DNA of 64,000 nt from Halanaerobiales bacterium (GTDB taxonomy: Bacteria > Bacillota > Halanaerobiia > Halanaerobiales > M55B127). Within the stretch, counting starts at the first letter, position 1; each line of letters opens with the position of its first letter. The notes beneath the pieces are model-generated. The model was not told where the DNA came from. It saw nothing but the letters and a program-made list of their open reading frames with translations, and ran no database searches. The position numbers were made by a program, and so were the translations under genes. Below are positions 8,678 through 20,127 of the stretch, one piece after another. The DNA lies in NCBI GenBank assembly GCA_018334565.1, contig JAGXLU010000005.1, forward strand, positions 1,244 through 65,243. The letters are read 5' to 3'.

Positions 8678-9136
8678 CTAAAATTCTTTTTCACTGTCTA
8701 TCAGTAAGGTCACTGGACCATCATTAACTAAACTAATATCCATCATGGCCTGGAATTTTCCTGTGGCTACCACTAAATTTTGTTTTCTTATTTCTTCTAC
8801 AAATGTATCATATAGTTGTTCTGCTCGATCAGGGGGGGCTGCATTAAAAAAACTGGGTCTTCTCCCTTTTTTACAATCACCATATAATGTGAATTGTGAA
8901 ACCACCATTATACTTTTATTTAAATTAAGTGCAGAAAGGTTCATTTTCCCTTCAGCATCTTCAAATATTCGTAAATTAATTATCTTATTAATTAAATAAT
9001 CGATATCAGTCTCATCATCCTCTCTACCAATACCTAATAAGATAAGCAGACCTGAATCGATAGCGGCTATCTTTTCATTTTGAACGGTCACTTCGCTTGA
9101 TTTAACTCTCTGAATCACTGCTCGCAAAAAAACCAC
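8678..9136 (-). CDS. dtd: D-aminoacyl-tRNA deacylase
   Basis: 152 aa. The motifs are RAVIQRV, SQFTLYGDCKKGRRPSF and NDGPVT. Confidence 0.95.
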   Translation of the reverse strand: MVFLRAVIQRVKSSEVTVQNEKIAAIDSGLLILLGIGREDDETDIDYLINKIINLRIFEDAEGKMNLSALNLNKSIMVVSQFTLYGDCKKGRRPSFFNAAPPDRAEQLYDTFVEEIRKQNLVVATGKFQAMMDISLVNDGPVTLLIDSEKEF

Positions 9137-9142
9137 TCCTTA

Positions 9143-11293
9143 TCAAGTTGGATTAGATCTCATAACTGATAAAACTCCAGAAATATCTTTTATTTTATTC
9201 ATAATATCCTTCATGTGTTCCCTGCTGCCCAATTCAATAGACAATTCGATATGAGCTTTGCCGTATTTATCAACTCTAGCATTGACAGATAAAAGTTTTA
9301 TCTGTTCATTTTTGATTAATCTGGTCACATCATTTAATAGAGCCGTCTTGTCAACTGCTGTGATATTAATATCAACCGAATAAGATTCTGAACGTTTTTG
9401 ATCCCACTCAACTTCAATAATCCTCTCTTCATCTTTTTCAATCAATGATTTTAAATTTGGACATCCTCTGCGGTGTATAGAGATCCCTCTCCCCCTAGTA
9501 ATGTATCCAACAATGTCATCCCCAGGAACCGGATTACAGCATTTAGCAGTTCTAACTTTCAAATTATTAACTCCTTTTACTGTAACTCCTTTATCAGAGC
9601 TTTTAGTAGAAGGTGCAGATTTAAGATCGTCTATAGATATTTCTTCTTCTTTTATATCTAACTTATTAATCACCTGTTTAACCGAAATATTATTATATCC
9701 AATAGATTCTAAGAGGTTTTCTCGCGTGCCCTCTCCTAATTCATCCGCAATTCTTGTTAACTCCTTTTCTCTTTCTTTACCAGATAAATCAACATGATTT
9801 CGGGCAAACTCTCTTTTTAATAATTCTTTGCCCCTTCTTATTATTTCATCCTGCTGCTGCTTTTTGAACCATCTTTTTATTTTGCTTCTAGCAGTAGATG
9901 TCTTTACATACTTCAACCAGTCTCTACTGGGTCCTGTACTCTTTTTAGATGTAATAATATTGACAATGTCCCCGTTATTGAGTTCATATTCTAAAGGTAC
10001 AATTTTACCATTAACCTTTGCTCCCACACAGCTGTGACCAACTTCTGTATGAATATGGTAGGCAAAATCAATAGGTGTTCCTCCTTGAGGTAAAGACATC
10101 ACATCACCTTTAGGTGTAAAGACAAAAACCTCATCTTCAAATAGATCTATCTTTAAAGCCTTCATAAATTCCTGAGGTTCCTGTAAATCTTTTTGCCATT
10201 CCAAAAGCTGTCTCAACCAGGAAAGTTTCTCTTCATAATCATTATCAGTTGTTTTACCTTCTTTATATCTCCAATGAGCAGCAATACCATATTCAGCGGT
10301 ACGATGCATTTCATGAGTCCTAATCTGGACTTCCAGAGGATCTCCACTTGGGCCTATAACTGTAGTATGCAGTGACTGGTACATATTAGATTTCGGCATA
10401 GCAATATAATCTTTAAAGCGGCCGGGCATAGGTTTCCATATTTCATGAACAATGCCCAGTACCTGATAACAATCTCTAACACTATCCACCAAAATCCTGA
10501 CAGCAGTAAGATCATATATTTCACTGAAATCAACTTCTTTTCTCTGCATCTTTTGATAAATACTGTGTAAATGTTTGGAACGACCATATATTTCTGCATT
10601 TAAATCTTGTTCGTTTATATTCTCTTTTAAAATGCTAATAGCATTTTTTACAATTCTGTTTCTAGAAAATCTATTTTCTTTTATTTTTTTCTTTAATTCT
10701 TTATATACATCAGTCTGAAGATAATAAAAACTTAAGTCTTCTAACTCAGATTTCATGCGTGACATTCCTAACCTATGAGCTAATGGCGCATAAATTTCTA
10801 TAGTTTCTTCCGATTTGAATATCTGTTTTTCTCTGTTGAGATATTCTAAGGTACGCATATTATGCAGTCTATCAGCTAATTTAATTAAGACCACTCTGAT
10901 GTCTTTGGCCATAGCTAAAAACATTTTTCTTAGACTCTCAGCTTGATGTTCTTCCTTTGACTTAAAGTTTAACTTTGTCAGCTTAGTAACCCCATCTACT
11001 AATAGAGCCACCTCGTTTCCAAAGATTTCTTCAATATCTTTTCGGGTAAACTTCGTATCCTCTACAACATCATGTAATAAAGCGGCGGTAATAGAGATTA
11101 TATCAAGACCTAAGTCAGCCAGGATATATGCCACATGAATAGGATGATCAATATAGGACTCACCAGATACCCTTTTTTGATCCTGATGTGCTTCATCAGC
11201 CATGCGATATGCTCTTTTAATAATATCAAGATCAGGATCATCCATATCAGACCTGATTTTCTTTAATAAAGTCTCTATTTCCATATAAATCAC
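9143..11293 (-). CDS. relA: Bifunctional (p)ppGpp synthetase/hydrolase Rel (RelA/SpoT homologue)
   Basis: 716 aa. It has an HD hydrolase domain (HDVVEDT), a synthetase domain (RFKDYIAMPKSNMYQSLHTTV), then TGS and C-terminal ACT domains. The start is ambiguous between GTG 11293 and ATG 11284. Confidence 0.96.
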   Translation of the reverse strand: MIYMEIETLLKKIRSDMDDPDLDIIKRAYRMADEAHQDQKRVSGESYIDHPIHVAYILADLGLDIISITAALLHDVVEDTKFTRKDIEEIFGNEVALLVDGVTKLTKLNFKSKEEHQAESLRKMFLAMAKDIRVVLIKLADRLHNMRTLEYLNREKQIFKSEETIEIYAPLAHRLGMSRMKSELEDLSFYYLQTDVYKELKKKIKENRFSRNRIVKNAISILKENINEQDLNAEIYGRSKHLHSIYQKMQRKEVDFSEIYDLTAVRILVDSVRDCYQVLGIVHEIWKPMPGRFKDYIAMPKSNMYQSLHTTVIGPSGDPLEVQIRTHEMHRTAEYGIAAHWRYKEGKTTDNDYEEKLSWLRQLLEWQKDLQEPQEFMKALKIDLFEDEVFVFTPKGDVMSLPQGGTPIDFAYHIHTEVGHSCVGAKVNGKIVPLEYELNNGDIVNIITSKKSTGPSRDWLKYVKTSTARSKIKRWFKKQQQDEIIRRGKELLKREFARNHVDLSGKEREKELTRIADELGEGTRENLLESIGYNNISVKQVINKLDIKEEEISIDDLKSAPSTKSSDKGVTVKGVNNLKVRTAKCCNPVPGDDIVGYITRGRGISIHRRGCPNLKSLIEKDEERIIEVEWDQKRSESYSVDINITAVDKTALLNDVTRLIKNEQIKLLSVNARVDKYGKAHIELSIELGSREHMKDIMNKIKDISGVLSVMRSNPT

Positions 11294-11317
11294 TTCATTC
11301 CATAAATATATATAAAA

Positions 11318-11830
11318 TTAATGCTGTAAAAGAGTAAATATATCATAGCCTTCGATCATATCTCTGCCATTTAAATCCATTAATTCTAACAAGAAAGCTA
11401 TGCCTACAATCTCACCACCTAATTTTTCAATTAAATCTACTGAAGCCTTCGTGGTCCCTCCTGTAGCTAAAAGATCATCAACCAGTAGTATTTTATCCCC
11501 TTTGGAAAAGGCATCACTATGTATTTCTAATTCGCTGCTTCCATATTCTAAATCATAACTTGCAGTATATTTATCATAGGGTAACTTGCCCGGTTTTCTT
11601 ACTGGGATAAAACCTTTGTTTAAAGCATAAGCCATAGGAGTACCTATGATAAACCCCCTGGCCTCTATTCCAACTATATAATCAATATCCTCATCTTTAT
11701 AGATTTCTACCAGTGCATCAATGGCTGCTTTAAAAGCTCTATTGTTTTTTAGAAGTGGTGTAATATCTTTAAAAAGTATGCCCTCCTTAGGAAAGTCAGG
11801 GATGTTCCTAATATAATCATTAAAGTTCAT
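11318..11830 (-). CDS. apt: Adenine phosphoribosyltransferase
   Basis: It has the PRPP-binding motif ILLVDDLLATGGT. The ATG at 11830 has an AAGGAGG SD 6 nt upstream, and the homology begins at MNFNDYIRNIPDFPKEGILFKDITPLL. The ORF-track start at 11863 is therefore an upstream extension. Confidence 0.95.
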   Translation of the reverse strand: MNFNDYIRNIPDFPKEGILFKDITPLLKNNRAFKAAIDALVEIYKDEDIDYIVGIEARGFIIGTPMAYALNKGFIPVRKPGKLPYDKYTASYDLEYGSSELEIHSDAFSKGDKILLVDDLLATGGTTKASVDLIEKLGGEIVGIAFLLELMDLNGRDMIEGYDIFTLLQH

Positions 11831-14273
11831 CGGTCTCCTCCTTAATTTTTTTAAAGTTGTCAATCAAGAAAAACAAATTCTTCACTTTCAACATCTCTTT
11901 TAAATCATTATACTCTTTTTTAACCTTAATAATATTATTATAATATACTGAATTTGATAAGTCCAATTTAGACTTATTTGAATCAACTATTTTTAGTTTT
12001 TCCCCTTTTTCTTTCAGTTGATTTTGTTCTAATAAAATATCAATAATCTTATTGACTTGATCAGTATTAGTATCTAATTTATCATACATGGTTTTATATA
12101 TTTTATCTTTTTGATAAATAGATTGATCTATTTCATCCTTAATTAAATTATATGCTTTGAAGATGGTTTTCTTATCTGGTAAACTAGCTTTTATTAAATT
12201 TTTATTTAATCCAAAATCTGATTGATTATAGATCAAATGAATTACCTTTTGTTTAGTCTGAAAGTTAATTAAAAATAAATATAATTCTTTTAAAGAAAAA
12301 GGAATAGAATACATTACCAGATGTGTATCTTTTTTTATAACTTCTTCAAATTTTCTATCAAATAATATGACCGCAGATTTTTTATTTTTGAAATCCTTCC
12401 AATTATTAAAAAGGATATCTATATTTTTTTCCAATAAGCTTTTTTTTAGTTCCTTAATTTTATTTTTGCCATTTATATATATGGCAATATTTTTTTGATA
12501 CCTCTTTAACCCTTTTATATATTTGATTTTATTATTAATATATCTTTTATCATAAATAGTATAATCATATTTTTTAAAGGTTAAGGGGAAATAAGTAGGA
12601 TCAGATCTCACATTTATATCTTCAATCCTTAATTCTATTTTATTTTTTCCCATCCAGTTGTTCAAATATATCTTTGCTGCCAGGTCAAGTCTTTTATTTT
12701 TGATCTTTAAATTAATATCTCCCATATTAAAAGCAATCCCAGTAATTCCATTATGTAGCTCTATCTTTAAATGTTTGGCTTGACTGCCAACTGTATAATG
12801 ATTTTTTAAATTTATATCACTTATTAAAAATTTTGGCCTAGGGTTGCCTATTCCAAAGGGCTGTAGTTTATTTAAATCTTTATATAGTTGCAAATTTATT
12901 TGATCAATTTTAAGAATCTCATCCAAATTGATTCCGGGAATGAAATCTATTGGATCTAAATTTTCTTTGATATGTGTATTTATTTTTTCCACGAATTTAT
13001 TTATATTTTTCTCCTTAACAGTTAAACCTGCTGCCATAGAATGTCCACCGTAGTTTTCTAAAAATTCTTTACAGTACTCAAGGCCTTCTGTTATATCAAA
13101 CCCATTAATACTTCTGGCAGAACCATGTCCGATTCCATTTTCATCCAATGCAATTAAGATTACAGGCAGGTAATATCTTTCAACCAGCCGAGAAGCTACA
13201 ATCCCAATAACTCCCCTGTGCCAATTTTTAGCAGCAAGCACAATAGGATTTTGTGCCTTTATATCTTCAGGCTTAACCATTTTTAATGCCTGATTATGGA
13301 TCTCTTTTTCTTTCCTCTGGCGCTCTTTATTAATTGCAATCAATTTTTTGCTTATCCTAAGAGCAGTATCTTCTTGATTAGTTGTTAACAGTTCTACAGC
13401 CTTTTCTGGTTCTTCCATTCGACCAATAGCATTGATTGGTGGAGCAATTATATAGCCTATTTGACCAGGATTAATTTCTTGATTAGATAAACCCAGATCC
13501 TCCAACAATTTTTTTAAGCCTATTTTATCGGTCTTTTTTAGTTTATCTAAGCCTTCTTTAACCATGATCCTGTTATCATTCTTTAAAGGAACAATATCTG
13601 CAACTGTTCCCAGTCCTACTAAATCGAGATGATCTCTGCAACATCCCGCCTCTAATTTTTGATCAACAGCCTGGATCAATTTATATGCCACACCGACTCC
13701 GGCTAACACCTTGAAGTAATCATTCGCGTTTCTTTGAGGATCTATAACCGCATCGGCCGGAGGTAATTGGCTTTTTAATTTATGGTGGTCAGTAATGATT
13801 ACTTTGATATTTCTTTTCTTTAGATACTCCACTTCTTTTACAGCAGTTATTCCACAATCTACAGTAATCACTAGATCAAATTTATCAAGCTTAATCTTAT
13901 GTAAACTCTCTAAACTTAATCCATAGCCTTCTTTAAGCCGGTTAGGAATATAATAATCAAAATTATTAAATCCAATATCTTTAAAAAAATTGATCAATAG
14001 AGCAGTTGAAGTAATCCCATCTACATCATAATCGCCATAGATTAATATTTTTTTGTTGTCTTGTATTACTTTAATTAATATTTGAACTGCATTTTTAAGA
14101 TCTTTCAAAAGATAAGGATCTTTAAGATCTAAGTAATTAGGTTTTATGAAACGCTGCGCCTCAACTTTTGTATTAATTCCTCTGTTGTGTAAAATTTTAT
14201 TCAAGATATTATTTTTGTGGATTTTATTTAATTTTATTTCTTTTAGATACCACATATTTTTCAAATTTATCAC
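11820..14273 (-). CDS. recJ: Single-stranded-DNA-specific exonuclease RecJ
   Basis: 817 aa. It has DHH motifs (DYDVDGITS, ITDHH) and DHHA1 (GGHSMAAG), plus a long C-terminal extension as in Bacillus-type RecJ. Confidence 0.93.
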   Translation of the reverse strand: MINLKNMWYLKEIKLNKIHKNNILNKILHNRGINTKVEAQRFIKPNYLDLKDPYLLKDLKNAVQILIKVIQDNKKILIYGDYDVDGITSTALLINFFKDIGFNNFDYYIPNRLKEGYGLSLESLHKIKLDKFDLVITVDCGITAVKEVEYLKKRNIKVIITDHHKLKSQLPPADAVIDPQRNANDYFKVLAGVGVAYKLIQAVDQKLEAGCCRDHLDLVGLGTVADIVPLKNDNRIMVKEGLDKLKKTDKIGLKKLLEDLGLSNQEINPGQIGYIIAPPINAIGRMEEPEKAVELLTTNQEDTALRISKKLIAINKERQRKEKEIHNQALKMVKPEDIKAQNPIVLAAKNWHRGVIGIVASRLVERYYLPVILIALDENGIGHGSARSINGFDITEGLEYCKEFLENYGGHSMAAGLTVKEKNINKFVEKINTHIKENLDPIDFIPGINLDEILKIDQINLQLYKDLNKLQPFGIGNPRPKFLISDINLKNHYTVGSQAKHLKIELHNGITGIAFNMGDINLKIKNKRLDLAAKIYLNNWMGKNKIELRIEDINVRSDPTYFPLTFKKYDYTIYDKRYINNKIKYIKGLKRYQKNIAIYINGKNKIKELKKSLLEKNIDILFNNWKDFKNKKSAVILFDRKFEEVIKKDTHLVMYSIPFSLKELYLFLINFQTKQKVIHLIYNQSDFGLNKNLIKASLPDKKTIFKAYNLIKDEIDQSIYQKDKIYKTMYDKLDTNTDQVNKIIDILLEQNQLKEKGEKLKIVDSNKSKLDLSNSVYYNNIIKVKKEYNDLKEMLKVKNLFFLIDNFKKIKEETDEL

Positions 14274-14289
14274 CTGTTGCTTTTTTAAA

Positions 14290-14316
14290 TATAAAACCCC
14301 CTATTATTAAGGGGGT
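14290..14316 (-). terminator. Intrinsic terminator after the secDF / LapA-domain gene cluster
   Basis: Minus strand reads ACCCCCT-TAATAAT-AGGGGGT followed by TTTATATTT. Confidence 0.55.
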
Positions 14317-14328
14317 AATTATAGCTTT

Positions 14329-14844
14329 TTAATTACTTTTGTTATTATCTTTTTCATTTTCAGTATCTACATCCTGAAATTTGTCATTTCCATTTCCGAG
14401 ATCTTCGTCTTGATCATCTTCTTTTAAATCATATGCTATATCTTGTTTATCATCATCTGCACTTTTTTTCTTTCTTTTATTAAAAAAACCTCTCTTTTCT
14501 TTCTGATTTTCTTCGGCTTCTTTATCAGGTTCATCATTATTTTGATCTAAAGTGTTATAGTATTGTGCTTTTTGAGTTTCTTCTCTAAGATTATTCAATT
14601 TCTGTTGTAATTCTTCCTTTTCCAATCTTAGTTTCTTATTTTCTCTTTTGAGCTGAAACTGTTTAAAGTAGCTAAAAATACCAATCACAAGTGCACCAAA
14701 GATAATCGATACCAGCACAACAACAGCAAGTGAGATCTCAAAGTTCCATATTAAAATATTTAAGGCTACAATAGTAGCATTCTGGAGAGCAAATATTGCA
14801 ACTATTATGGCAAATATCAATCCAAAAATAATAGTTCCCTGCAT
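14329..14844 (-). CDS. LapA-domain (DUF1049) membrane protein with coiled-coil and acidic tail
   Basis: 171 aa. It has two N-terminal TM helices with FALQNATIVALNILIWNFEISL, typical of LapA_dom. A KLRLEKEELQQKLNNLREE coiled coil and an Asp/Glu/Lys-rich tail follow. Confidence 0.65.
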   Translation of the reverse strand: MQGTIIFGLIFAIIVAIFALQNATIVALNILIWNFEISLAVVVLVSIIFGALVIGIFSYFKQFQLKRENKKLRLEKEELQQKLNNLREETQKAQYYNTLDQNNDEPDKEAEENQKEKRGFFNKRKKKSADDDKQDIAYDLKEDDQDEDLGNGNDKFQDVDTENEKDNNKSN

Positions 14845-14859
14845 ATTTAAAACCCCTTT

Positions 14860-15726
14860 CTATTTTTTATTAACTAACCTGTTAGTCCAGGTTACAAGCA
14901 GGGGGCTGGCTATAAATATAGAAGAATAAGTACCAGCAAACATACCTATAAATAATGCAAACATAAATACTTTAATGGAAGCCCCACCGAATAAATATAT
15001 CGCTAATATAGTTATGAGTGTTGTTAAAGAAGTATTTATTGATCTCGGTAATGTATCAATGACAGCCTGATTGGCCAACTTTTCAAACGGTGTTTTATGC
15101 ATTAACTTCATATTTTCTCTTATTCTATCAAAAATTACTATAGTGTCATTTATAGAATAACCTATTATAGTTAATAAAGCAGCAACAAAGGGTGTGTTTA
15201 TTTCTCTACCCAAAATTGCAAATATACCAAGTGTAATTAACACATCATGCAATAAGGTTATAATAGAAACAATTGCAAATCTAAATTCAAACCTTACACT
15301 TATATATAGTACAATCGCCACTGAGGCAATCAACAATGCCAACAAGGCTCTTGTTCTTAACTCCTGACCTATTATCGGGTATACAGTCTCAGTTCTCAAC
15401 ATTTCTGTGGAAGGATAGTTGTTTTTTAGACCCTCCTCTATATCATTGATCTGTGTTGGAGTTAGTTCTTTAGTACGAATAATTGTACCGTGAAAATCAA
15501 GTGTGTCAGATTGTTGAATTTTACTATCATCTGTTATATTGATATCCTGCAGAATATTCCTTACTTCTTCATTAGTTACACTCTGGTCAAATTTAAATTC
15601 TAAAATGGTACCACCCTGAAAATCAATCCCAAAATTTAGACCACCCATTGCTAAAAAGAGCAATCCTATGACAATTATCGTTATAGAAATTGTATACCAG
15701 AGTCTTCTTTTGCCCAGTATATCCAT
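14860..15726 (-). CDS. secF: Protein translocase subunit SecF
   Basis: 288 aa. It has 6 TM segments and the conserved GIDFQGGT and SINDTIVIFDRIRE motifs. Confidence 0.95.
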   Translation of the reverse strand: MDILGKRRLWYTISITIIVIGLLFLAMGGLNFGIDFQGGTILEFKFDQSVTNEEVRNILQDINITDDSKIQQSDTLDFHGTIIRTKELTPTQINDIEEGLKNNYPSTEMLRTETVYPIIGQELRTRALLALLIASVAIVLYISVRFEFRFAIVSIITLLHDVLITLGIFAILGREINTPFVAALLTIIGYSINDTIVIFDRIRENMKLMHKTPFEKLANQAVIDTLPRSINTSLTTLITILAIYLFGGASIKVFMFALFIGMFAGTYSSIFIASPLLVTWTNRLVNKK

Positions 15727-15731
15727 TTTCT

Positions 15732-16940
15732 CTACCTCCTCTGTGCACCAAATGCAGCACCGCTTTGTAGCAAGTTAGAATGAGTAAATAAGTCTATGAC
15801 ATTTCTGGTTATAAAGAAAGCTGTAAACATACTCACTAATACACCTATACCCAAAGTAACTGCAAATCCTCTAACTGTACCACTTGTATAATAAGCCAAA
15901 ATTAATGCAGTTATCAGAGTGGTAACATTAGCATCAATAATTGTTTTATATGCCCTCTTAAAACCTGCATCGATGGAAGCCCTCAGCGTTTTGCCTGACT
16001 TTCTTTCGTCCTTTATTCGTTCAAAAATAATGATATTGGCATCTACGGCCATACCGATTGAAAGTATTAAACCAGCAATACCGGGTAAAGTTAAGGTGGC
16101 TTGTAAACCTGCCAAAGTGCCCATCAACAATATTCCATAAATTATTAATACCCCAGCAGCAAGTACACCCGGGAATCTATAATAAAACATCATATAAATG
16201 GCAACCAGAATTAAACCAATTGAGCCCGCTATCAGACTCTTTCTAATTGATATTTCACCCAAAGTAGGTCCTACTGACCTGCTTTCTACTACTTTAACAG
16301 GAACTGGTAGTGAGCCCTCTCTGATCAAAATCGCATCTTTTTGAGCCGCTTCTACTGTTTCATAACCGGTTATTTGACCTTTTCCAGAAATTGTATCCTG
16401 AACAGTAGGATTTGTTAAAAGCTCATCATCTAAGTAAATACCGATCTTTTGTCCAATATATTGACTAGTGATCTCTTCGAACTTATCTGAACCTTCTTTA
16501 TTCATCTCAAAGGCTACCACAGGTCTTCCATACTGGTCATAATCTGCCTGAGCATCTTTTATATATTCACCTGTCAACAATACCTGCTTAGCAGAGTTTT
16601 TAAATGTCAAGACCGCTGTCCTACCAATGGTTTCGATAGCTTCATTTGGATCATCAATTGCAGGTAGTTCAACTATAATTCTGTCACTACCTTCTCTTTG
16701 AATAATCGGTTCAGTTAGACCAAGTTGATTTACACGTCTTTCAATAACACTTACTATACCTATCATAACCTCATTATTAATTGCTCTTTCTTCTGTAGGT
16801 TGAGCCTGTAAAACAATATGAGACCCACCCTGTAAATCAAGGCCGAGATTTATATTATAATAAGAATATAAAAATACCGCAAAAGCAATTATAGCTATGA
16901 TGAAAATAAGTTTATAAATTCTTTTCTTTTTATATCTCAT
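15732..16940 (-). CDS. secD: Protein translocase subunit SecD
   Basis: Conserved stretches are LGLDLQGGSH and MAVDANIIIFERIKDE. I chose the ATG at 16940 (GGGAGG SD 9 nt upstream) over the ORF-track start at 16967. Confidence 0.95.
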   Translation of the reverse strand: MRYKKKRIYKLIFIIAIIAFAVFLYSYYNINLGLDLQGGSHIVLQAQPTEERAINNEVMIGIVSVIERRVNQLGLTEPIIQREGSDRIIVELPAIDDPNEAIETIGRTAVLTFKNSAKQVLLTGEYIKDAQADYDQYGRPVVAFEMNKEGSDKFEEITSQYIGQKIGIYLDDELLTNPTVQDTISGKGQITGYETVEAAQKDAILIREGSLPVPVKVVESRSVGPTLGEISIRKSLIAGSIGLILVAIYMMFYYRFPGVLAAGVLIIYGILLMGTLAGLQATLTLPGIAGLILSIGMAVDANIIIFERIKDERKSGKTLRASIDAGFKRAYKTIIDANVTTLITALILAYYTSGTVRGFAVTLGIGVLVSMFTAFFITRNVIDLFTHSNLLQSGAAFGAQRR

Positions 16941-16977
16941 AGAACTTTTCCTCCCGTTTCTCAACAATTATAAAATA

Positions 16978-17517
16978 TTATAAGCCTTCATAATCTACAT
17001 GTTCTATTACCCTCATTTTATTAATAGGCCAATATACCCAGAAAGCAAGACCAGATATGCTGTCATAGGAAACGAACCCGACATAACCAGGATATCTACT
17101 GTCAGCACTGTGATTGCGATTATCACCCATAACAAACACAGATTTATCAGGTACCTGATATGGGCCAAAGTTACCTATCATATCTTCATTTATATAATTC
17201 TCTTCCAGAGGTTGGCCATTTACATAGGTTACCCCATCTTTAATATAAATGGTATCTTTTGGTAGACCTATAATACGTTTAATATATTTTTTATTAGGAG
17301 CTCCATGAGGAGTAAAAACAATAACTTCTCCTCTCTGGGGTTCTCTAAATCTATAAATAAATTTATTGACAAATAACCTCTCCCCATCATGAAGATTAGG
17401 CTCCATAGACTTACCATCAACCACAAAGGATTGGGCAACAAATGTAATTATAAAAAATGCTAAAATACCTGCAATAACAACAGACTGCAGGATTTCTTTT
17501 ACATCTCCGCTATCCAA
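16978..17517 (-). CDS. lepB: Signal peptidase I
   Basis: 179 aa. It has an N-terminal TM helix, the catalytic Ser box GKSMEPNL, the Lys box YIKRIIGLPKD and GDNRNHSADSR. Confidence 0.93.
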   Translation of the reverse strand: MDSGDVKEILQSVVIAGILAFFIITFVAQSFVVDGKSMEPNLHDGERLFVNKFIYRFREPQRGEVIVFTPHGAPNKKYIKRIIGLPKDTIYIKDGVTYVNGQPLEENYINEDMIGNFGPYQVPDKSVFVMGDNRNHSADSRYPGYVGFVSYDSISGLAFWVYWPINKMRVIEHVDYEGL

Positions 17518-17544
17518 TTTTAGTCACTCCCAATATTTTAAACC

Positions 17545-17847
17545 TTATTTTTCTGACTCTTCATCGGTTTCTTTTACCTCTTCTTTTTTAGGCTTATCCA
17601 TTCTTGCAATAGCCTTATGAACAACATCTACATCAACATCAGAAGAAATTCTTAATCTAATATTATCTTCCTTAAGTTTAACTATTTTACCTCTTAATCC
17701 GCCTATAGTGACTATCCTATCTCCTACTTTTAAATTTTTCAACATATTACTGTGTTCTTTTTGTTGTTTTCTTTGTGGTCTTATTAAAAAGAACCAAAAT
17801 ACACCGAAAATTAAGACCCATGGTAAAATTGCGTAAATATATTCCAT
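17545..17847 (-). CDS. yajC: Preprotein translocase subunit YajC
   Basis: 100 aa. It has a single TM helix followed by RPQRKQQKEH and VGDRIVTIGGLRGKIV. Confidence 0.9.
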   Translation of the reverse strand: MEYIYAILPWVLIFGVFWFFLIRPQRKQQKEHSNMLKNLKVGDRIVTIGGLRGKIVKLKEDNIRLRISSDVDVDVVHKAIARMDKPKKEEVKETDEESEK

Positions 17848-17956
17848 TTTTGAACCTCCTTGTTTTTTCTTATTTTTTTTTTACTCTCTAATAATTTCAA
17901 TACTGGACTAAAATATCCTTTAAATTTTTATAAATTAAATATCTGTTTAGGTTGTG

Positions 17957-19069
<1,113 letters not shown>

Positions 19070-19080
19070 TTACATCCTCT

Positions 19081-20127
19081 CTAATATATAAACATAGCAT
19101 CTCCCAAACTATAAAATCTATATTTTTCATCTACAGCTTTTTGATAGGCCTTAAAGATTTTTTTTCTTCCTGCTAAAGCAGAAACCATCATCAATAAGGT
19201 AGACTTAGGTAAATGAAAATTCGTAATTAAAGCATCTATTACTTTAAATTGATAGGGTGGGTAAATAAATATATCGGTCCATCCTCTATATTCAGTAAGT
19301 TTACCCCCCTGGGCCGCAGTTTCTAAAGCCCGACTAACTGTAGTCCCTATTGAAATTATACGTCCATCTTTAGCCTTGGTTTCTTTAATTTTTTCTACAA
19401 CATCTTGCGCTACTTCCACATATTCTGCATGCATATCATGTTCTTTGATAACATCAGTCCGCACCGGTCGAAAAGTTCCCAATCCTACATGTAAGGTAAT
19501 ATATCTGATACTGATTTTTTTATCCTCAATCTTTGTAAGCAACTCAGGAGTAAAGTGCAATCCAGCCGTGGGGGCAGCTACTGAGCCTTCTTTTTTTGCA
19601 TAGACTGTTTGATATCTTTCTGGCTCTTTTAGTTCATTTTTTATATATGGCGGTAAGGGCATCTTACCTAATTCATCTAATATTTTGGAAAAACTACCTT
19701 GAAATGAAAATTCCATAATCCTGCCACCAAAATCTGTATATTCAACAGCTTTTCCCACCAGTTGACCATCACCGAAACTAACTTCTACACCTTTTTTGAC
19801 TCTTCTGCCTGGTTTTACTAATACCTCCCAGCGTTTTTCACTAACTTTATTTAATAGTAATACCTCTATTTCAGTATTGGTTGGAATTTTTTTGCCATAT
19901 AATCTAGCGGGAATTACCTTGCTATTATTAAGCACAATTAAATCATCTTTATTTATATATTCAGTTATTTGATTAAATATAGTCTCTTTTATTTCTCCAC
20001 TTTCTTTATTAAGCAGCATAAGACGTGATTCGTCTCTATTTTCTACCGGTTTTTGAGCTATTAACCTCTCAGGTAATTCATAATCAAAATCATCAACTTT
20101 CAATTCGTTCTCATTCATTGCTATCAA
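19081..20127 (-). CDS. queA: S-adenosylmethionine:tRNA ribosyltransferase-isomerase
   Basis: 348 aa with [14 protein letters not shown] and [10 protein letters not shown]. The TTG start at 20127 has an AAGGAG SD 6 nt upstream, which is better than the internal ATG at 20118. Confidence 0.96.
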   Translation of the reverse strand: MIAMNENELKVDDFDYELPERLIAQKPVENRDESRLMLLNKESGEIKETIFNQITEYINKDDLIVLNNSKVIPARLYGKKIPTNTEIEVLLLNKVSEKRWEVLVKPGRRVKKGVEVSFGDGQLVGKAVEYTDFGGRIMEFSFQGSFSKILDELGKMPLPPYIKNELKEPERYQTVYAKKEGSVAAPTAGLHFTPELLTKIEDKKISIRYITLHVGLGTFRPVRTDVIKEHDMHAEYVEVAQDVVEKIKETKAKDGRIISIGTTVSRALETAAQGGKLTEYRGWTDIFIYPPYQFKVIDALITNFHLPKSTLLMMVSALAGRKKIFKAYQKAVDEKYRFYSLGDAMFIY

